From contig CAWFGE010000023.1 of the NCBI GenBank assembly GCA_963815195.1, forward strand, positions 160,001 to 224,000: 64,000 bases of DNA. The letters run 5' to 3'. The notes below the pieces were generated by a model. It was not told the DNA's origin, ran no database searches, and saw only the letters and a program-made list of their open reading frames with translations. Positions 56,984 through 64,000 of this stretch are shown here, in pieces. Origin of the DNA: an uncultured Planctomycetaceae bacterium (GTDB lineage Bacteria; Planctomycetota; Planctomycetia; Planctomycetales; Planctomycetaceae). The translations under genes and the position numbers were made by a program. Positions within the stretch are counted from its first letter, which is position 1. Every line of letters begins with the position of its first letter.

Positions 56984-57094
56984 TGCTTCCAAAAGAGCCG
57001 CGCACGAAGTAAGCGGTGGCTGCTTCCAAAAGAGCCGCGCACGAAGTAAGCGGTGGCTGCTTCCAAAAGAGCCGCGCACGAAGTAAGCGGTGGC
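56984..57094. repeat. Three exact tandem copies of a 37-bp REP-like unit
   Basis: TGCTTCCAAAAGAGCCGCGCACGAAGTAAGCGGTGGC x3 between convergent glpK and ktrA. Confidence 0.95.
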
Positions 57095-57098
57095 TTCG

Positions 57099-57785
57099 CT
57101 ACTCCTTGGGCAATCGGGCAAGGGCTTCGTTGCTGCCGACGACGACGAGCACGTCGCCGGGCTCGATCACGTCGTTGGCGCGGGGGACGCCGATCACGTT
57201 TTGTTTTTTGATCGTGTTTCCCACATCGTCGGCGCCCTCAAACGGGCGTTTGATGGCGATGAGGTTGACGTCGTATCGTTTTCGCAGTTCGAGAATCTGC
57301 AGCGACTTCCCGCAGAATTGCTTCGGGGCATGAAGTTCGATCAGCGTGTAACCGTCCGCGAGCGTGACGAGGTCTTCGAGCTGCGGATTGGCGAGGCTGT
57401 GCCCCAGCCGCTCGCCGGCTTGAATCTCGGGCTGGATGACTTCGTCCGCGCCGATCTGCTTAAAGATTTCGCCGTGAAACGCCGTCTGCGCCCGGCAGAT
57501 GATTTTGGGCACGCCCATTTTTTTGAGGATCACCGTCGTCAACAGCGCGGCTTCAAAATTCTCTCCGATCGCGACCACGGCCACGTCCACGAGGTCGATC
57601 TCCTGACCGCGAAGGGCCGCCTGGTCGGTCGAGTCCAACTTCACCGCGACCGCGACCTCGTCGCGCATTTCGTTGACGAGCGACATGTCGCTATCGACGG
57701 CGATCACTTCCGCCCCGCTCGCGGTCAACTGCCGGGCGAGCGCCGTTCCAAAACGCCCCAATCCAATCACGGCCACTTTTTGCAC
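57099..57785 (-). CDS. ktrA: TrkA/KtrA K+ uptake RCK subunit
   Basis: VIGLGRFG Rossmann motif, IGADEVIQPE, RCK-C domain. Confidence 0.9.
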   Translation of the reverse strand: MQKVAVIGLGRFGTALARQLTASGAEVIAVDSDMSLVNEMRDEVAVAVKLDSTDQAALRGQEIDLVDVAVVAIGENFEAALLTTVILKKMGVPKIICRAQTAFHGEIFKQIGADEVIQPEIQAGERLGHSLANPQLEDLVTLADGYTLIELHAPKQFCGKSLQILELRKRYDVNLIAIKRPFEGADDVGNTIKKQNVIGVPRANDVIEPGDVLVVVGSNEALARLPKE

Positions 57786-57810
57786 AGGAGATTCCTTTTG
57801 AGTTGTCAGT

Positions 57811-59691
57811 TTATCCGAGCGTCACGCGTTCCACGGGGTAATCGTAGTTCGGTTGTTTGGTTTGACCGGCGAGGCCGATCAGGACCGTCAACGGCCCCAC
57901 GCGTCCGAGGAACATCGTGACGATGATGACGTATTGTGAGGGCACCGTCAGCGTGGAGGTATTCACCGAGGACACGCCCACGGTGGCAAAGGCGCTCGTG
58001 GCCTCGAACAGGTGATCGAGAAACAAGGCTTCGTTCCGCTCGAAGATCACGAGCAGCATGGTGGTGGTCATCGTGACCAGGACGCCGAGCGCCAAAACCG
58101 TCAGCGCCCGGTTGACGACTTCATCGGGAATCACGCGGTTGCCGACTTCGACCCGCTGCCGGCCTTGGAGAATGCTCGAAAGCCGCAAGAGTGCGAGCGC
58201 CAAGACCATGACTTTCACGCCGCCGCCGGTCGAACCGGGGGCGGCCCCGATGAACATTAGAAAAATGGCAAACAACTTTGTGGCCGGCTGCAGGGCCGCG
58301 TGATCGACGCTGTTAAACCCCGCCGTCCGAAACGTGACCGACTGAAACCACGCGTGGGCGATGCGGGTTAGGGCGCCGGGCGATTCTTCTTCGGCGACGG
58401 CGCTCGGGGAACCGAGATCGGGCGAGGTGGATTCCAGCAGATAATAGATCACCGCGCCCAAGATCAACAGCGCCGCCGTGGTGACCAGCACCAGCCGCGA
58501 CGAGATCGACAAATGCGTCCGCACCCGCGACAGGTTGAACAACGGCGGCTTCTGGAGCGACCGCACGTACGAAAGCGAAACGATCGCCACGTTGTAGAGC
58601 ACCGCAAAGCCCAGGCCGCCGATGATAATGAGCGCCGGCACGACGGTCAGCACCTGCCAGCGCGTGTCCCAGCCGACAAAACTTTCGGGTCGGAGCGAAA
58701 ACCCCGCATTGCAAAACGCGCTCACCGAATGGAACACGCTGTAAAACGCCCGCTCGTGAAACGGCCGATCGGACCACAAGCCGGAGACGAGCACCGCCCC
58801 GATCAATTCCGTCGCGAACGTGAACCCGAAGATTCCCAAGACGAGCCGGCGGACGTGTTCCAAACCGTTGGCTTCCAGCACGTCGTGGAGCGTCGCGCTT
58901 TCGCGCATCCGCATCGCCCGCCCGGAGACCACGGCGAAAAACGCGCCGCAGGTCATAATTCCCAACCCCCCGATCTGGAACAAGCCCATGATGACCGTCT
59001 GGCCCATCCGGCTCCAATAGGCATCCGGACCGCCGGTGTCCACTACGATCAGGCCCGTCACGCAACTCGCGCTCGTGGAGGTGAAGAGCGCCACGCGGAG
59101 CCGTTCGAGAAACGCGACCTCGTCGAACGTCTTCGGGTCGGCATAGGCTTTGGGAAGCATCAAGAGCACCGTGCCCGTGGCGATGAGGACGAGGAACGAC
59201 CCGACGAGCAATAGCGCCGGGTTCGTGCCCATCCGCGCGGTGGATTGCCGGGTGAAGAGGATGGAACTCACAATCGCCCGCGGCACCAGGCACAGCTCCG
59301 CCCAGAGCACGAGAGCCCAGGGCCGATTCAGCGCGAGGCCCTGACGCTCGGCAATCCAGGGACCCAAGAAAATCAGGCCCAGCGTGCCCGCGGTCCAGGC
59401 CGCGCTGATAATCACAAGCGCCCGGTGCCTGCGGTAAAACGACGGCCTCGCCAGGCTCCAATAGTAGCGAAAGCCCAGGATCACCGTGAGCGCAAACATA
59501 AACAAGAACACGGCGATGCCGAGTTCCCATTGCACGCGCGGGCTGAGGTTGTGGAGGCCGTGCTGAATCGCCGTCGCCCCCACGCCCAGGACCAACAGCC
59601 CCGCTTCCACTCCCTTGAGCCATTTGACGGCGGTGGGGCGGATCGTGTTCTGCACCGTGATCTGACGAATGGGATCGGTCGGCTTGCTCAT
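57811..59691 (-). CDS. ktrB: TrkH/KtrB K+ uptake membrane subunit
   Basis: SASCVTGL, SAFCNAGF, RTAGF, SAFATVG pore loops; GSTGGGVK; MFLGRVGP. Confidence 0.92.
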   Translation of the reverse strand: MSKPTDPIRQITVQNTIRPTAVKWLKGVEAGLLVLGVGATAIQHGLHNLSPRVQWELGIAVFLFMFALTVILGFRYYWSLARPSFYRRHRALVIISAAWTAGTLGLIFLGPWIAERQGLALNRPWALVLWAELCLVPRAIVSSILFTRQSTARMGTNPALLLVGSFLVLIATGTVLLMLPKAYADPKTFDEVAFLERLRVALFTSTSASCVTGLIVVDTGGPDAYWSRMGQTVIMGLFQIGGLGIMTCGAFFAVVSGRAMRMRESATLHDVLEANGLEHVRRLVLGIFGFTFATELIGAVLVSGLWSDRPFHERAFYSVFHSVSAFCNAGFSLRPESFVGWDTRWQVLTVVPALIIIGGLGFAVLYNVAIVSLSYVRSLQKPPLFNLSRVRTHLSISSRLVLVTTAALLILGAVIYYLLESTSPDLGSPSAVAEEESPGALTRIAHAWFQSVTFRTAGFNSVDHAALQPATKLFAIFLMFIGAAPGSTGGGVKVMVLALALLRLSSILQGRQRVEVGNRVIPDEVVNRALTVLALGVLVTMTTTMLLVIFERNEALFLDHLFEATSAFATVGVSSVNTSTLTVPSQYVIIVTMFLGRVGPLTVLIGLAGQTKQPNYDYPVERVTLG

Positions 59692-59893
59692 TGGCAGATT
59701 CCCAATGCCCTAACGCGGCAAAGCCGCAACCAACGTATCGGCGGCATCCAGCCGCCGGGGATCGATCTCGGCGGCAAGATGCCGCCGCTCCGAGACTCGA
59801 AAACGAAATCTCGCGCGAACTCCTTTTCAAAAGGAACGCCGGGGGAATCCTAATGGATCTCTGAAAAACCTGCCAACAGAGAAAGGCCCGCCG

Positions 59894-60652
59894 TCACGAG
59901 CGCGGACGTTCCTTGTTTTCCGAGGGCTCCCGCGGGCTTCGCTTCTGCTCGAGCAGCCATTCGTAGAGCTTGGGGTTGTCGTAAGTCTCGGTCCAGGCAT
60001 CGTGGCCGGCTTCGGGGTAGATCGTCAGCATCGCATCGCCGCCGGATTTTTTGATCGCTGCGATCATGGATTCGGACCGCGCGACGGGCACGCCCGGGTC
60101 TTTGCCCCCGTGAAAGGCCCACACGGGCAGGCGGGCGATTCGCTTGGCCCAATAAGTCTCTCCGCCGCCGCAGATCGGGGCGATCGCCGCAAACTTCTCG
60201 GGGGCATAAAAGGCGAGCCGCCACGTTCCAAAGCCGCCCATGCTGAGGCCCGTCACGCAAATGCGGTCTGGATCGACTTTGTAATTTCGGCTGATGTCGT
60301 CGAGCAGCGCGAGCAATTCCATCGGCTCCCACCAGCGGTCCTTGGGGCATTGGGGCGAAACCACGATGAACGGGAACTCTTTGCCTTGCGCGATCCGCTT
60401 CGGCGGCCCGTGCTTCTTGACGAGTTCCAGATCATCGCCCCGCTCGCCGGCACCGTGGAGAAACAGCAACAACGGCCACGACTCCTTGGCTGCGTAATCT
60501 TTGGGCAGATACAGCAGATAGTCGATGCGGACTTTGATCTCGGCATCGAGCCGCGCGGACTGCTGCGTGCCGGGCTGATCTTTGCAGAGCGCCGCGGCCG
60601 GATTGACGATCCATGCCGCGAGAGCCAGGGAACAAGCGAAGAAGAATTTCAT
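59894..60652 (-). CDS. Secreted phospholipase/carboxylesterase-type alpha/beta-hydrolase
   Basis: FLHGAGERG, GLSMGG, AFHGGKD, GHDAW. Confidence 0.88.
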   Translation of the reverse strand: MKFFFACSLALAAWIVNPAAALCKDQPGTQQSARLDAEIKVRIDYLLYLPKDYAAKESWPLLLFLHGAGERGDDLELVKKHGPPKRIAQGKEFPFIVVSPQCPKDRWWEPMELLALLDDISRNYKVDPDRICVTGLSMGGFGTWRLAFYAPEKFAAIAPICGGGETYWAKRIARLPVWAFHGGKDPGVPVARSESMIAAIKKSGGDAMLTIYPEAGHDAWTETYDNPKLYEWLLEQKRSPREPSENKERPRS

Positions 60653-60826
60653 GGCGATTCCTTGTTCTGAGGTGTCAATAAAACGCGCAAGAGCCGATTC
60701 TACCAAGCCGATTTTCCCTCCGATAGAAAGGCGAAAGACGATAGGCCTGAAATTTGCTTCATCCATTCCCGCTTTCTCCATGCAGGAAGACGAGGTCCTC
60801 GAAACATCCGCATGAACCCAGTGCAA

Positions 60827-61107
60827 TCAGGACGTTCGCGATCCCGCCGCGGAGAGAAGAATCAGCACGATGCCGATCTCAACAAGGACGGGAACGCTGC
60901 AAAGGATATAGAGCAGGGAAATTTTCCAAGACCGATGCAGCAAGGCGGCGACAGACCCCGCGCCGCCCAAAGCGCTGCGACCACGTAAATCGCCCATTCC
61001 CAAGTTGCCGACGGCCGAATGACCAGAAGAAAACCGCCCGCCGCCCACAACACAACGTGCGACCAGACCGCGGCGAATCCCAACGCCTTTTGCCAGCTCA
61101 TTTCCAT
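60827..61107 (-). CDS. Small hypothetical membrane protein (probable frameshift near 60960)
   Basis: Hydrophobic ORF 61107-60862 continues as hydrophobic helix in the overlapping frame ending 60827. Confidence 0.4.
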
Positions 61108-61123
61108 CAGGCGTGAACCCCAT

Positions 61124-61381
61124 TCATCCGCGAGGGCTGAAAATCAAACCCGCGCTCGCTGTCAGCAGGAAGAGGACTAAAGAAACATAACAAGCCCAGG
61201 CATCGACCCGGCCGCGAGATTCGCCGAGGCCAAACCTCGGCCCCAGCCGATGCCAGAGCCAAAAACCAACCGGGATCGTGACAAGGCCGAACAACCACAG
61301 CATCCACGCCGGCAGAAAATATGGCACTATGAAAGACTCGCTTTCCCAGCTATTGAGGTGACACTTTGGCGTCTTTTTCAT
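61124..61381 (-). pseudogene. Probable 3' fragment of a membrane-protein gene
   Basis: Two TM helices (WMLWLFGLVTIPVGFWLW; YVSLVLFLL) with no convincing N-terminus; overlaps the upstream ORF. Confidence 0.35.
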
Positions 61382-61841
61382 GCTGGAGCCGTCGGCGCAG
61401 CAGCACGGCGCCCCAAATTGCGAATGGGAGAAAGTAGACCATCATCAGGAGCACGAAACATTGCACAATGGTGGGAACCACCAGCAGCGAGCGGTGCCAG
61501 AGATTGAAGGCAACCGTCACCGTGAGCGCGACGGCAATCATCCACAAGATCGAGACGACCATATACAAGGCGCCTGGGTCGTCAGCACGCGGAATGACGA
61601 GAAAGTGAAAGGAGGCGAGGGACGCAAGACAAAATCCCACCGCCAGGATCACGACCGCGGAATAGATTTTTTCAGCCGTCGTCATTCCGTCCGCCGACTC
61701 CGCGGGCTCCGTTTCTCTCTTATCCCAATCCAATTCTGGGGGCGAAGTTGCGGGCATTTCGATTTCGAGTCCGCACTCGGAGCAGAACGCATCATGCACC
61801 CGGGGACGTTCCGCTCCGCAATTGGGGCACCATTCAGTCAT
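61350..61841 (-). CDS. Zn-ribbon multi-pass membrane protein
   Basis: CPNC..CSEC followed by 3-4 hydrophobic helices. Confidence 0.65.
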   Translation of the reverse strand: MTEWCPNCGAERPRVHDAFCSECGLEIEMPATSPPELDWDKRETEPAESADGMTTAEKIYSAVVILAVGFCLASLASFHFLVIPRADDPGALYMVVSILWMIAVALTVTVAFNLWHRSLLVVPTIVQCFVLLMMVYFLPFAIWGAVLLRRRLQHEKDAKVSPQ

Positions 61842-61954
61842 TGGAAATCTTGATCAGGCTTTCCGAACCCGCCGCTGCCTGGCATTGGATCGACGGTCGG
61901 CGATTAAAAACGAATCGACCGGGGAAGATTTCCACGGTCAAATTGAAGGACGCC

Positions 61955-62491
61955 CTACGACTTCTCCTTCGTGACCAGTTTCGGCTTCGGCAAGGTCGGC
62001 AGCACGAGTTTCTCCGGCAACTTGGGCAAGATCTTTTTCCGGAGGGCTTTGTCTTTCATGCCGCTCCCGTCCAGGAACTTCCAGGTTTTTCCGCCGTCGG
62101 AGGAGATTCCCAAAAGGTATGATTCGCCGAGTATTGTTTCCTTGCGGGATGACATCTCCATTTTCGTGGGCAGAACTGCAAAGGTGTTTTTACCTTCGGT
62201 GTAGAACTTTTTCGGAGGACTGGCTTCAAATCTGTCGAAGGTGAACCCCTCATTTCTCATCTGTTCGAGGGACTTCTTCGTGAAATCAATCGCCGATTTT
62301 CGGCCGCCCAGAAGTTCGACCAGCGTCGGATAGGTCGAGTCGATGACCGTTTCCGCATCCCCGTCGATCGTGGCCTTCGCGATCTTATCGGCCATAGCCT
62401 TTACGGCCGCTTCAGCCGGTTCATCCGCATGGACCATCGGGAATCCGACGACGAGGAGAGCCAACACGCTCAATAGAGGAAAGTGCCGCAT
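61955..62491 (-). CDS. Secreted hypothetical protein
   Basis: Signal peptide ending VHA-D; SYLLGISSDGGKTWKFLD motif. Confidence 0.7.
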   Translation of the reverse strand: MRHFPLLSVLALLVVGFPMVHADEPAEAAVKAMADKIAKATIDGDAETVIDSTYPTLVELLGGRKSAIDFTKKSLEQMRNEGFTFDRFEASPPKKFYTEGKNTFAVLPTKMEMSSRKETILGESYLLGISSDGGKTWKFLDGSGMKDKALRKKILPKLPEKLVLPTLPKPKLVTKEKS

Positions 62492-62606
62492 GATGTGCCT
62501 CAATTCAGATAGGGAAGGGCTTGATCGGTGATCCATACATAGTATCTAATGAATGGAGGAATTTGGCTTTTATTTGACGCTTTGTCGCTTGGAATGGCGC
62601 AATCAA

Positions 62607-63101
62607 ATGGAATCCCCGGAATCTTTTCTGGATCATTTGCAATACTGGTTCGCAGCCATTGCCAGCGAAGACATTGTTGTCACCAATGATCCATTTATCG
62701 AAGCCCAAGCGAATCTCTGGACAATTTCACTAACGAAGGAAATGGCATCCAATCTTTCGATTCGGGACCTTTGTGTTTGCGTAAGCACTTTTATCGAGAG
62801 AAAGCGTAGCGAAGCGAAACGAAAAAATCTGGTTCCACTTCTCTTTTATTTATGGTTTGACGAGCAAGCTGGGCAACTGCGATTCAGCATAACGTCCATT
62901 GCGGATCCATCACGATTGCCTTTCCAATGTGCGATCAACACTGATGCCAAGCTCAGTGAGATCGCTTCTCAAGTTTTGGCTGGGCCTCATTTAGACGGAA
63001 TTCCATTTGAGGAGCTGGAAGAAGAACATTCAAACTCCCCTCGCTTAAGGTTGTCCGAACCAGTTGTTCTGGATGTGTTTGTGACAAAACTGAATAGTTG
63101 A
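62607..63101 (+). CDS. AT-rich hypothetical protein
   Basis: Acidic ORF with FYLWFDEQAGQLRFSI; visibly lower GC; start may be 62553. Confidence 0.65.
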   Translation: MESPESFLDHLQYWFAAIASEDIVVTNDPFIEAQANLWTISLTKEMASNLSIRDLCVCVSTFIERKRSEAKRKNLVPLLFYLWFDEQAGQLRFSITSIADPSRLPFQCAINTDAKLSEIASQVLAGPHLDGIPFEELEEEHSNSPRLRLSEPVVLDVFVTKLNS

Positions 63102-63116
63102 TTGTTTCGTGGGTCG

Positions 63117-64000
63117 TTACTCGATCACATTCGGCTTGGGCGTCTCTTCCACGCGGGGGTCCTGGCCGCCTCTTAACACGCTGCTGCCTTCGAAGAGGGT
63201 TCGTTGGTCGATGGCCGGCGGGTTGAGCCAGTCGGATTCTTTCATCTGGCCGCTTTGGCCGTACGCGGCGAGGGCGTTGTTGTAGACGACATCTTTGATC
63301 TGGGTTTCGGGAATGCCTCGCTCTTTCATCAGCCGGACCGTTTTGGGCACGGCGAGCGGATCGGAGACGCCCCAGTCGGCGGCGGAATCGACAATGATCC
63401 GCTCCGAGCCGTACTTCTTCACAATCTCCACCATCCGCTCGTTGCCCATCTTGGTTTTGGGGTAGATCGTAAACGCCGCCCAGAAACCGCGGTCCAAGAC
63501 TTCCTGCACCGTCTCTTCGTTATTGTGATCGACAACGACCATGCCGGGCTCGAGGCCCATCTCGATGCAGACATCCATGCTCCGCGAGGTGCCCCGCTTT
63601 TTGTTGCGGTGCGGCGTGTGGATCATCACCGGGCAATTCGACTTCCTTGGCGAGTTCGAGCTGTTCGCGGAAGAAGCGGTCCTCGGCGTCGGTCTGGTCG
63701 TCGTAGCCGATTTCCCCCACCGCGACCACGCCCTCTTTGGCGAGATACAAGGGCAGGATTTCCATGACCTGCTCCGCGAGCGGGATGTTGTTGGCCTCTT
63801 TGGAATTGAGGCCGATGGTGCAGTAATGCCTGATCCCAAACTGGGCCGCCCGGAACCGCTCGAACCCGACGAGGCTGGAGAAATAATCCTGAAACGTGCC
63901 CACGGCGGTGCGGGGCTGGCCGAGCCAGAAGGCCGGCTCGATAATCGCCACGATGCCATTGGCGGCCATCGCTTCGTAGTCATCCGTGGTGCGGGCACTC
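63117..64000 (-). CDS. TatD-family metallo-hydrolase, EboB-like (5' end beyond window; frameshift near 63635)
   Basis: RTTDDYEAMA..EPAFWLGQPRT, HYCTIGLNSKEANN, VGEIG, HTPH, DHNNE, DSAADWG. Confidence 0.85.
   Translation of the reverse strand, partial: VPAPRMTTKRWPPMASWRLSSRPSGSASPAPPWARFRIISPASSGSSGSGRPSLGSGITAPSASIPKRPTTSRSRSRSWKSCPCISPKRAWSRWGKSATTTRPTPRTASSANSSNSPRKSNCPVMIHTPHRNKKRGTSRSMDVCIEMGLEPGMVVVDHNNEETVQEVLDRGFWAAFTIYPKTKMGNERMVEIVKKYGSERIIVDSAADWGVSDPLAVPKTVRLMKERGIPETQIKDVVYNNALAAYGQSGQMKESDWLNPPAIDQRTLFEGSSVLRGGQDPRVEETPKPNVIE

Noticed and set aside
56984..57094. CRISPR array
   Set aside because: Exact 37-bp tandem copies without spacers.

Overview
GC-rich bacterial chromosome segment, almost certainly from a planctomycete (class Planctomycetia), judged by the DUF1549/DUF1553-DUF1501-PPC cluster, giant WD40 Ser/Thr kinase, PQQ-like propeller and planctomycete-type AtpB/DnaA. 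Gene order: dnaA; divergent CusA/CusB-type heavy-metal RND genes; complete F-type ATP synthase operon; CDF transporter; DUF1501 cluster; kinase; enolase-family enzyme; murC-murB; a ~6.8 kb accessory hotspot; ddl; PiT transporter; hydrolases; Ski2-like helicase; ffh; glpK; Ktr/Trk K+ uptake; small orphans; and an EboB-like TatD at the edge. Many essential genes carry single-base frameshifts, best read as long-read indel errors. The most striking structure lies between murB and ddl. First comes a truncated IS4 remnant and a nest of REP/REPIN palindromes whose ends coincide with gene and element truncations. Then a 4011-bp unit carries a low-potential Rieske, a cytochrome b6-IV fusion and an octaheme HAO-family cytochrome. 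This unit is bounded by a 191-bp direct repeat of ddl codons ~21-84, and the intact ddl has a synonymously diverged replacement 5' end. Several covarying REP families also occupy atp operon junctions and form head-to-tail arrays after dnaA and glpK. No rRNA, tRNA, CRISPR array or integrase was recognised.
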